Shown: positions 9,396 to 17,316 of the stretch, one piece after another
Layout: every line of letters begins with the position of its first letter
How positions within the stretch are numbered: the first letter of the stretch is position 1
Assembly: GCA_037446635.1 (NCBI GenBank)
Contig: JBBIIG010000010.1
Coordinates: 1 to 64,000 of the forward strand
Direction of reading: 5' to 3'
Origin: a bacterium
GTDB lineage: Bacteria > Zhuqueibacterota > Zhuqueibacteria > Oceanimicrobiales > Oceanimicrobiaceae
Length of the DNA stretch: 64,000 nucleotides
Notes under the pieces: model-generated
The model's database searches: none
Told to the model about the DNA's origin: nothing
The model's input: the letters and a program-made list of their open reading frames with translations, nothing else
Made by a program: the position numbers and the translations under genes

Positions 9396-10402
9396 AGATA
9401 GGACTCACCTATGATTTGCGCCAGGATTATCTCGAACTGGGTTACGGCGAAGAAGAAACCGCCGAGTTCGACCGCATCGACACCGTGGAGGCCATCGAGC
9501 GCACGCTGCAGGATCTGGGTTACGAAACCGACCGCGTCGGCAACATCTGGAATTTGACGAAACGTTTAGCCGCCGGCGAGCGCTGGGATTTGGTGTTCAA
9601 CATCGCGGAAGGTTTACGCGGCATCGGGCGGGAGGCGCAAGTTCCCGCTCTACTGGACGCCTACGACATTCCGTACACGTTTTCGGATCCGCTGGTGCTG
9701 GCGCTGACCCTGCACAAAGGGATGACGAAGCGCGTGATTCGCGATCTCGGCATCCCAACGCCGGACTTCGCAGAGGTGAAAACCGAAGCGGACATCGACG
9801 AAGTTGATCTGCCGTTTCCGGTTTTCGCCAAACCCATTGCTGAAGGCACGGGCAAAGGCATCACCTCCGCGTCGAAGATCAGCTCAAAAAAAGAGCTGCT
9901 ATCGGTTTGCAGTCGCCTGCTGCGGGAGTATCGTCAGCCAGTGTTGGTGGAGACGTTTCTGCCGGGACGCGAATTCACCGTCGGCCTCGTGGGCACCGGC
10001 AAACACGCGCGCGTCGTCGGCGTGATGGAGGTGATCCTCAAACCCAATGCCGAGAAGGATGTTTATTCCTATGTCAACAAAGAGCGCTGCGAGGAGTTTG
10101 TCGGCTACTTGCCGGTGAACGATTTGATGGCGAAAAAGGCGCAGGAGGTGGCGCTGACCGCGTGGATTGGCCTGGGCTGCCGCGATGCCGGCCGCATCGA
10201 CTTGCGCGCCGACGCCCACGGTGTCCCCAATTTCATGGAAGTGAATCCGCTGGCCGGCATTCACCCGGAACATTCGGATTTGCCGATTCTCTGTAAGTTG
10301 GTTGGCATCAGCTACCACCAGCTTTTCGAGATGATTATGAACAGTGCGCTCGAACGGGTGCAGGCCAGAGCGTCGGCGCCGGCTCAGGCGGTGGGATTAT
10401 AA
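9392..10402 (+). CDS. D-Ala-D-Ala-ligase-like ATP-grasp amino-acid ligase 1
   Basis: FAKPIAEGTGKGI, ETFLPGREFTVG, GRIDLR, MEVNPLAG; lacks the canonical Ddl N-terminal GGxSxE motif. Confidence 0.85.
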   Translation: MKIGLTYDLRQDYLELGYGEEETAEFDRIDTVEAIERTLQDLGYETDRVGNIWNLTKRLAAGERWDLVFNIAEGLRGIGREAQVPALLDAYDIPYTFSDPLVLALTLHKGMTKRVIRDLGIPTPDFAEVKTEADIDEVDLPFPVFAKPIAEGTGKGITSASKISSKKELLSVCSRLLREYRQPVLVETFLPGREFTVGLVGTGKHARVVGVMEVILKPNAEKDVYSYVNKERCEEFVGYLPVNDLMAKKAQEVALTAWIGLGCRDAGRIDLRADAHGVPNFMEVNPLAGIHPEHSDLPILCKLVGISYHQLFEMIMNSALERVQARASAPAQAVGL

Positions 10403-10403
10403 G

Positions 10404-11399
10404 ATGATGAACGCAGCCATTCTTCACGGTGAAATATCTCCCAACGCCGGCCAGGACGAACAGGACACACTAGTGCAAATGGCAGCAGTGTCCGGCGCGT
10501 TGGCCGAACTGGGTTACTCACCGGCCGCGGTTCCCGTTTCTTTGGATTTGAATAAAGCTGTCGCGTCTCTCAAAAATATCAACCCTAAATTTGTATTCAA
10601 CCTCGTGGAGTCCATTGAAGGCCAGGGGCAGTGGATTCACCTCGCCCCGGCTTTGCTGGATTTTCTGAACCTGCCCTACACCGGCGCCGGCAAAGACGCC
10701 ATTTATTTGACTTCCAACAAACTCCTCGCCAAACATTTTTTGCAGGCCGCCGGAGTGGACACGCCGCCGTGGGCGAGTTTCAAAAAGGTTGCGGCGGAAC
10801 CGGTTTCGTTCGAGCCGCCCTACATCATCAAATCGGTTTGGGAACACGCCTCGATTGGAATGGACGAACGCTCCGTTTTACACGATAAAAGCCAGTTGCC
10901 CGCCGCGCTCGAATCGCGCGTCAAAAAGTTAGGCGGCGAGTGGTTTGTGGAGCAGTACATTCCGGGCCGGGAATTCAATCTCTCTCTTCTGGCGTCCGCT
11001 AAAGCCCCGCAGGTTTTGCCGCCCGCCGAAATTCGTTTTGTTGATTTTCCGGAAGACAAACCCAAGTTAGTGGATTACCGCGCCAAGTGGGACGAGGCTT
11101 CGTTCGAATACCAGCACACGGTGCGCAGTTTTGAATTTCCAGCAACCGACGCCAATCTGCTTTTGAAATTGAAAGCAATCGCCACTCAGTGCTGGCATCT
11201 GTTCAATTTGCGCGGTTACGCCCGCGTCGATTTCCGGGTGGACGAAAACGGCCGGCCGTGGGCGCTGGAAGTCAACATCAACCCGTGCATTTCGCCGGAC
11301 AGCGGCTTCGTGGCGGCCGCGGCTCGGGCGGGGTTGAGTTTTGCCGCGGTGATTGAACGCATCGTTGACGACGCGTTGCGTTCCAAAAAAAATCATTGA
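10404..11399 (+). CDS. D-Ala-D-Ala-ligase-like ATP-grasp amino-acid ligase 2
   Basis: IIKSVWEHASIG, EQYIPGREFN, DYRAKW, GYARVDFR, LEVNINP; ATG at 10404 just after the upstream stop. Confidence 0.85.
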   Translation: MMNAAILHGEISPNAGQDEQDTLVQMAAVSGALAELGYSPAAVPVSLDLNKAVASLKNINPKFVFNLVESIEGQGQWIHLAPALLDFLNLPYTGAGKDAIYLTSNKLLAKHFLQAAGVDTPPWASFKKVAAEPVSFEPPYIIKSVWEHASIGMDERSVLHDKSQLPAALESRVKKLGGEWFVEQYIPGREFNLSLLASAKAPQVLPPAEIRFVDFPEDKPKLVDYRAKWDEASFEYQHTVRSFEFPATDANLLLKLKAIATQCWHLFNLRGYARVDFRVDENGRPWALEVNINPCISPDSGFVAAAARAGLSFAAVIERIVDDALRSKKNH

Positions 11400-11477
11400 T
11401 CGCCAGCTTTCTTTTCCCTATTTTACCCCGTTTTTCTTAATCCCTCAATACTTACCGGTAGCGGGCAGGCTCAGTAC

Positions 11478-13214
11478 ATGTTTCGAATTCGGCGTATTTA
11501 CGATTACGTTTTGCCCGGCAACAAGGACGCTATTGCTCAGGTTCAGCATATTCTGAGCGAGCAGTTTTACGGCCTTTCCAGTGACAACATCAGGCAGTTG
11601 CCGGAGCAATTGCGCAATCCGCTCAAATACCGTTTTCGCTCGATTCTATTTGTGGCCGAAGACGCCAAAAACGCGGTCAAAGGTTTTGCGCTGCTGCTTC
11701 ACGCCGCGGATTTGAACTTTTGCTATCTTGATTTCATATCCGCTGCGGAAGACAAAACCGGCCGCGGCATCGGCGGCGCGTTGTATGAACGGGTTCGCGA
11801 AGAAGCGCTGCTGATGAACGCCAGGGGTCTGTTTTTTGAATGTCTGCCCGATGACCCGCGGCTGTGCCCGGATCCCGACATTCGCAAACAAAACGTAGCA
11901 CGGCTGCGGTTTTACGAACGTTTCGGCGCCCGCCCGATCGTCAACACGGCTTATGAAACGCCGTTGAAACCGGGGGAATCGCCGCCCTATCTTGTTTTTG
12001 ATGATCTCGGGCAGAATCGGCCGCTGCGGCGGGGGTCAGTGCGGGCCATCGTGCGCGCCATCCTCGAGCGCAAATACCGCGACGTCTGTCCAACGGAGTA
12101 CATTCAGATGGTGGTGGATTCGTTCAAAGATGATCCGGTCAAATTGCGCGAGCCCAAATTTGTAAAAGAAAAAGTGAAGCCGGTTACCCGAACCAAATCA
12201 GTGGACAAGTTGATTGCGTTGGTGGTGAACGATCACCATACGATTCATCACGTTCGCGAACGCGGCTATGTGGAGTCGCCGGTGCGCATCGATTCCATTT
12301 TAAAAGAGATCCTGCCAACGAATTTGTTCCTGAGAACACTCCCCGGAAGGTTTTCCGAAACTCATATCAAATCCGTACACGACAGTCAGTTTGTGGATTA
12401 CCTGCGGCGGGTGTGTGCCAACGTGCCGCCCAACAAGTCGGTTTATCCGTATGTATTTCCCATTCGCAACGTCGCCCGCATGCCCAAACAATTGCCGATT
12501 CGCGCCGGCTATTATTGCATCGACACCTTCACTCCGCTGAATCACAATGCCTTTCGTGCTGCCAAACGCGCCGTGAATTGTTCCCTCACGGCTGCGAGAG
12601 CTTTGCTGGAAGGCCACCGCCTCGCTTACGCTCTCGTGCGACCGCCAGGTCATCACGCTGAGCGCCGGGTGTTTGGCGGGTTTTGCTATTTCAATTCCGC
12701 CGCCATCGCCGCCAATTATTTATGCGCGTTTGGGAAGGTTGCCATTCTCGATATCGATTATCATCACGGCAATGGCCAGCAAGACATCTTTTATGAACGC
12801 AGCGATGTGCTCACTATCTCCATTCATGGCCACCCCAGTTTCGCGTATCCCTATTTCAGCGGATTTGCAGAAGAGCGCGGCGCCGGCGCGGGCGAAGGGT
12901 TTAATATAAATTTCCCTTTGCCGGAGAAAATTGCCGTCGCTCAATATCACGCCGCGCTGGCCAAAGCGCTAAAAGAGATTGAAGCGTTTGCCCCGCAATT
13001 TTTGGTGGTGGCCTTAGGATTAGATCCGGCCAAAGGCGACCCCACTGGTTCCTGGAATTTAATTGCGAACGACTTTGAAAAAAGCGGCCGCATGATCGGC
13101 GGCCTGGGATATCCGGTGCTGGTGGTGCAGGAAGGAGGCTACCGGACGCGCTCTCTGGGAGTGAATGCGCGGCATTTTTTCCTGGGTTTGTGGAATGGCG
13201 CCCACCGCAACTGA
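11478..13214 (+). CDS. GNAT acetyltransferase-like domain fused to histone-deacetylase/acetylpolyamine amidohydrolase domain
   Basis: N-terminal TGRGIGGALY...RLRFYERFG; C-terminal RPPGHH, GFCYFN, DIDYHHGNG, GLD..KGDP, QEGGY. Confidence 0.88.
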   Translation: MFRIRRIYDYVLPGNKDAIAQVQHILSEQFYGLSSDNIRQLPEQLRNPLKYRFRSILFVAEDAKNAVKGFALLLHAADLNFCYLDFISAAEDKTGRGIGGALYERVREEALLMNARGLFFECLPDDPRLCPDPDIRKQNVARLRFYERFGARPIVNTAYETPLKPGESPPYLVFDDLGQNRPLRRGSVRAIVRAILERKYRDVCPTEYIQMVVDSFKDDPVKLREPKFVKEKVKPVTRTKSVDKLIALVVNDHHTIHHVRERGYVESPVRIDSILKEILPTNLFLRTLPGRFSETHIKSVHDSQFVDYLRRVCANVPPNKSVYPYVFPIRNVARMPKQLPIRAGYYCIDTFTPLNHNAFRAAKRAVNCSLTAARALLEGHRLAYALVRPPGHHAERRVFGGFCYFNSAAIAANYLCAFGKVAILDIDYHHGNGQQDIFYERSDVLTISIHGHPSFAYPYFSGFAEERGAGAGEGFNINFPLPEKIAVAQYHAALAKALKEIEAFAPQFLVVALGLDPAKGDPTGSWNLIANDFEKSGRMIGGLGYPVLVVQEGGYRTRSLGVNARHFFLGLWNGAHRN

Positions 13215-13243
13215 GCGGGGGCGCTTCATTAATCGCTTGTTAA

Positions 13244-13750
13244 ATGGACCGGTTGAAAAAAAAGCTTGACGATTTGACCTTTCGCGACACCCTCAATCCG
13301 CCGGACACCGAACACGTGCGCGCCATCGTTCAATCCACCGGCTTCTTCTCGCCCGCAGAGGTGGAAATTGCGGTGGAGCTGGCGATCGAGCGGCTGGTGA
13401 AAGGGTTGGACAGCGGCTATCATTTTTTATTTGCCGAACAGAACAACCGCGTCGTGGGCTACAGCTGCTTCGGCCCGATTCCCGGCGCCCAAGCCAGCAT
13501 AGATCTTTATTGGATTGCGGTTCATAATGACTTTCGCGGCGCCGGCATCGGAAAAAAATTAATGGCCGAAAGCGAGCGCGCCATTAAACGACTGGGCGGG
13601 CGGCGGATTTACGTGGAGACCTCTTCGCGCGAGCAGTACCAGCCCACGCGCGCGTTTTACCTCGCGTGCGGCTACCAGCAGGAGGCGCTGCTCAAAGATT
13701 TTTACGCCCCCGGCGATTCGAAAGTGATTTATGTGAAGGCGATTGGCTGA
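13244..13750 (+). CDS. GNAT N-acetyltransferase
   Basis: YWIAVHNDFRGAGIGKKL acetyl-CoA motif A; TRAFYLACGY. Confidence 0.88.
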   Translation: MDRLKKKLDDLTFRDTLNPPDTEHVRAIVQSTGFFSPAEVEIAVELAIERLVKGLDSGYHFLFAEQNNRVVGYSCFGPIPGAQASIDLYWIAVHNDFRGAGIGKKLMAESERAIKRLGGRRIYVETSSREQYQPTRAFYLACGYQQEALLKDFYAPGDSKVIYVKAIG

Positions 13751-13809
13751 TCCCCTGGCGATCGCGATTTACCGGGTTCATCTTACACAACTTTCAAAAT
13801 GGAGGACTT

Positions 13810-14304
13810 ATGAAGCAGATACTCCTCGCCGTCTTCCTGTTCTTGAACCTCGTTGCGGCAGCCTCTGCCCAAGTTGCCAACAAAAAATTAGGCGCACAGA
13901 GTTTTGCCGGCGAGATCACCATCCAAGCCAGCCCGCAGGCGGTGTGGGCGGTGTTAACCGACGTTTCGAAGCTCAGCAGAATCATGGGGTTCGAATACCA
14001 GGGCGCGGCAAAATTAGCCAAAGTTGGAGACTCGGCTCAAATAAAAGTTTGGGGGGACAACTGCGGCCTGACTTTGATTTACGCCAAGACGGCCGCCGAA
14101 CTCCGTTTTGCGATTGACCCGCAGAACGCCTCGTACATTTGCCAGGAACGCTGGCTGCTGACGCCCGCCGGCAACGGCACGAAAGTGGCGCTCGACGAAC
14201 GCTACACCGAGTCCGGGCCGCAAACTGCGGACGATCTCGCGGCGCAGGTTAAATCATTTAACGAGGCGCTGGCGCGAGTGAAGGCCATGTGCGAAGGCAA
14301 GTGA
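13810..14304 (+). CDS. Exported SRPBCC/START-like protein
   Basis: GGAGG RBS, signal peptide, EITIQASPQAVWAVLTD motif and C-terminal helix. Confidence 0.7.
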   Translation: MKQILLAVFLFLNLVAAASAQVANKKLGAQSFAGEITIQASPQAVWAVLTDVSKLSRIMGFEYQGAAKLAKVGDSAQIKVWGDNCGLTLIYAKTAAELRFAIDPQNASYICQERWLLTPAGNGTKVALDERYTESGPQTADDLAAQVKSFNEALARVKAMCEGK

Positions 14305-14324
14305 AACCAAAAAGGAGGAAAGCT

Positions 14325-14855
14325 ATGTTATCCCCTCTTTTTGAAAAAATAATTTCGATGACGTGCGTCTTCATGTTCGCACTGGTAGTTGGGGGCACGC
14401 GCACGTGTATTGCACAATCGCCCACCAACGATCCTTTGCAGGCGCTCTCTTTCCTCGAAGGTGAGTGGCACGGCGAAGGAAAAAGCCCGTACGGTCCCTA
14501 TGAATTCGAGGCTAAGAACGAACGGCGCGGACGATGGTTACTCGGCACGTCGAACATTTATGTGCCCGGCACGGAGCAGGTATCATTCAGGGCTACGGGC
14601 CTCGTGGGCTATGACGAAAAGGGACTTGTGGCATACGCGTTCGAAAACACTGGCGTCACAATTTTTCGCGGCGTGTTGGAGAATGACAGTCTTCATTTTG
14701 AATGGAAACAGGGCGACTCCTATCGCCGCCGAACCATACGCCGGCTGGAAGATGGAACGATTTTGAATCGAGAGGAGAGCTACCTACCGGCATTATCCGA
14801 AGAGCCGCTTATTTTCGAATCTATTTCCAAGCCGGGGAAACGAAGTTCCAGATAA
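14325..14855 (+). CDS. Exported beta-barrel (nitrobindin/DUF1579-like) protein
   Basis: AGGAGG RBS, signal peptide, LQALSFLEGEWHGEG calycin-type motif. Confidence 0.55.
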   Translation: MLSPLFEKIISMTCVFMFALVVGGTRTCIAQSPTNDPLQALSFLEGEWHGEGKSPYGPYEFEAKNERRGRWLLGTSNIYVPGTEQVSFRATGLVGYDEKGLVAYAFENTGVTIFRGVLENDSLHFEWKQGDSYRRRTIRRLEDGTILNREESYLPALSEEPLIFESISKPGKRSSR

Positions 14856-14862
14856 CTCAAAC

Positions 14863-14889
14863 GTAGCGCGACCAGTCTGGTCGCGCTAC
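14863..14889. repeat. GTAG-type REP palindrome
   Basis: GTAGCGCGACCAG-T-CTGGTCGCGCTAC. Confidence 0.75.
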
Positions 14890-14913
14890 ATTGGCCCAAA
14901 AAGGAGGTGAACC

Positions 14914-15618
14914 ATGAAGCTATTATCTATCCTTTTACTCACACTTGCTACACCGGTACTGGCGCAGGATCCCGCGCAAGTCAATCCGGAAATTTACAAA
15001 ACTCTGTTGGAGAACGACCACGTGCGGCTGTTTGAAGTTCACTTCAAACCCGGCGCTAATATGGCTGTGCATTCCCACCCCGATCACCTGGCCTACGTGC
15101 TTAGCAGCGGCACATTGAAGCTGATTTATCCCGATACCTCGGTGGCCATTGCAGCCGAAGCCGGCGCCAGCTTTTGGATTCCCGCCGAGTCCCACGCCGC
15201 GGAAAATATCGGCGACACGGATTTGCGGGTGCTGGTGCTGGATTTGAAACTCCCGAAATCCGACCACCCGGCGGCCCGCGTTGATTCCACGCTGGATCCG
15301 GTTAAAGTCGCTCCTAAAAATTATTCTGTTCTTCTCGAAAATGAGCGGGTGCGTCTGGTAAAGGTGCATTACGAACCGGGCGAAAAATCGCCGCTGCACG
15401 CTCATCCTGCCAATGTTGTCTATACCCTGACCGGCGGCACCGTGCGTCATTTTTCAAAAGACGGGCAATCTTCCGATCTGCAATTTTCCGCGGGCACGTC
15501 GGTTTGGCGGGAAGCGGAAACTCATGCTTCCGCCAATCCGGATACGGCCGCCTTCACGGTGCTGTTTGCGGAATTGAAAGATCTTGCGCCTTCGCCAGAA
15601 CCATCGCCTAAAAATTAA
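14914..15618 (+). CDS. Exported tandem cupin protein
   Basis: Signal peptide; two repeats of DP.(K/Q)V.P..Y..LLEN..VR...PG....H.HP...AE.H. Confidence 0.8.
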   Translation: MKLLSILLLTLATPVLAQDPAQVNPEIYKTLLENDHVRLFEVHFKPGANMAVHSHPDHLAYVLSSGTLKLIYPDTSVAIAAEAGASFWIPAESHAAENIGDTDLRVLVLDLKLPKSDHPAARVDSTLDPVKVAPKNYSVLLENERVRLVKVHYEPGEKSPLHAHPANVVYTLTGGTVRHFSKDGQSSDLQFSAGTSVWREAETHASANPDTAAFTVLFAELKDLAPSPEPSPKN

Positions 15619-15679
15619 ACCTGCATCCGGAAATTGAACACCGAAGTCACCGAAATATTAACTAACCAAGGAGGTTATC

Positions 15680-16201
15680 ATGCTGATGAAGAAACACATT
15701 TTTGTCGCGCTGATGATGGTTGCGTTTTGCATCTGCGCAGTCGCTGCCGCTTTCGCCAGCGACGAAGAAAAGAACGCCGCCGTCATGAAGCGCTTTTATG
15801 AGGAGGTGGTCAACAATGGCAACCTTCAGCTCATTGACGAGTTGGTGGCGGCGGAATTTGTGGATCACGAGGAGTTCCCCGGAATGGTACAGGGACGGGA
15901 GGGCTTGAAACAATTTTTCACCATGTTTCGCGCCGCCTTTCCGGATTTGCACTTCCAGGTTAATGACTTGATCGCAAAGGGCGACAAAGTGTGGGCCTAC
16001 ATCACCATTCACGGCACCCACAAAGGCGAATTTATGGGCATGGCTGCCACCGATAAAAAAATTGCAGTAAAGGGGTTCGACATTGTGCGGTTTGCGGACG
16101 GCAAAGCGGTGGAGCACTGGGGTCTCACAGACAGCATGACCATGATGCAGCAATTGGGCGCGCTGCCGGCCCCAGAGCAGGAAACGACGAAAAAAGAGTA
16201 G
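15680..16201 (+). CDS. Exported SnoaL-like ester cyclase/NTF2-fold protein
   Basis: Signal peptide; AFPDLHF, IAKGDKV, GTHKGEFMG, DGKAVEHW. Confidence 0.85.
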   Translation: MLMKKHIFVALMMVAFCICAVAAAFASDEEKNAAVMKRFYEEVVNNGNLQLIDELVAAEFVDHEEFPGMVQGREGLKQFFTMFRAAFPDLHFQVNDLIAKGDKVWAYITIHGTHKGEFMGMAATDKKIAVKGFDIVRFADGKAVEHWGLTDSMTMMQQLGALPAPEQETTKKE

Positions 16202-16351
16202 GCGGTTGTTCACATAATCAGAGGTATAATTTTTGAGACAAGGGGAGAGGCGACGGTTCTAACTTGCTGGGAAGATGTTCAGTGATCTCTAATTGTACAG
16301 CGTGGTGGAATTTCGTCCCTCTCATCCCACTAACTTAGAAAAGGAGTCGTT

Positions 16352-16594
16352 ATGCGATTTAAACCATTTCTCATGCTCGCCGCCGTATTCGCGATGGCTT
16401 TCGCATTGTTGACGTTTTCTTTAGCGCGGGAGAAAAAAATTAGCCCGACCTTTCAACGGAAGGTGGAGACTTCGGCGCCGAGTAAGTTGCCTTCAGAGAG
16501 GTTGCATTCTGCCAAGAAATCCCAGTCGAAGTCCCCGCGGCGGGTCACGGTCAGTTCGAATCTACAAATTAGGGAAGCGCTCAAAAAGAACTAA
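16352..16594 (+). CDS. Small exported hypothetical protein
   Basis: AAGGAG RBS, hydrophobic leader, basic tail. Confidence 0.45.
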   Translation: MRFKPFLMLAAVFAMAFALLTFSLAREKKISPTFQRKVETSAPSKLPSERLHSAKKSQSKSPRRVTVSSNLQIREALKKN

Positions 16595-16611
16595 AATAGG
16601 GAGATTAGAAC

Positions 16612-17238
16612 ATGAAAAAATTAATTCGCGGCTGTTTGGCGTTGATGCTTGTTTCCGCTTTCGGCTTATTTTATACAGCCCGTTTGGAGGGTACAAGCAT
16701 TGAAAAAATGAATCTACTTGAAATGGTAAATAGAGCTGGCCGTATCATCGTTGGAACGTGTGTGGCCGTTGCGGAGAAAACCATGCCGACGGCCAACGGC
16801 GGTGAAATTGCCTACACCAGCTACACCTTTGCCGTCTCAAAATCCATTAAAGGTCAGGTAGGCGCGATGATGGAACTGCGACAATTTTTATACCCCGGCG
16901 CCAATTCCGCCGGCCGCGTCAACACGAAAATTGTTGGCATGCCCAGCTATCGCGTCAACGAAGAATACCTTTTAATTTTAACCTCCGAAAGTTCGCTGGG
17001 ACTTTCCGCTCCGGTAGGCTTGCCGCAGGGGTGTTTCCAAGTCATTAGCAATGATAAAACCGGCGCAAAAGAAGTCGTTAATGGAATGAACAATGCTGGT
17101 TTATTCCATAATTTTCCCTCCGATTTTCGTCTCTTTAAACAAACACTGACGGCCTCCGAATCCCAAATTTTAGCGCAGAAACAGGGACCGTTTGAGTACG
17201 ACGCCTTTGTGGGGCTTCTCGAAAAACTGGTCAGGTAA
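16612..17238 (+). CDS. Exported protein, probable TIMP/NTR-like OB-fold
   Basis: GGGAG RBS, signal peptide, 'LLEMVNRAGRIIVGTCVAV..YT...V...IKG..GMPSY..EEYLLIL..GLPQG.F' pattern. Confidence 0.55.
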   Translation: MKKLIRGCLALMLVSAFGLFYTARLEGTSIEKMNLLEMVNRAGRIIVGTCVAVAEKTMPTANGGEIAYTSYTFAVSKSIKGQVGAMMELRQFLYPGANSAGRVNTKIVGMPSYRVNEEYLLILTSESSLGLSAPVGLPQGCFQVISNDKTGAKEVVNGMNNAGLFHNFPSDFRLFKQTLTASESQILAQKQGPFEYDAFVGLLEKLVR

Positions 17239-17316
17239 GCTGCGTTAAGAAGCATCCATTTTAGTGATCGTACTTTCATAAACCAAATTTCACCTACTAT
17301 TGCAACGGAGGCAAAA

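Noticed and set aside
9392..11399. Housekeeping ddl or van-type glycopeptide resistance
   Set aside because: No mur/dcw or vanH/vanX context, and the canonical Ddl N-terminal motif is absent
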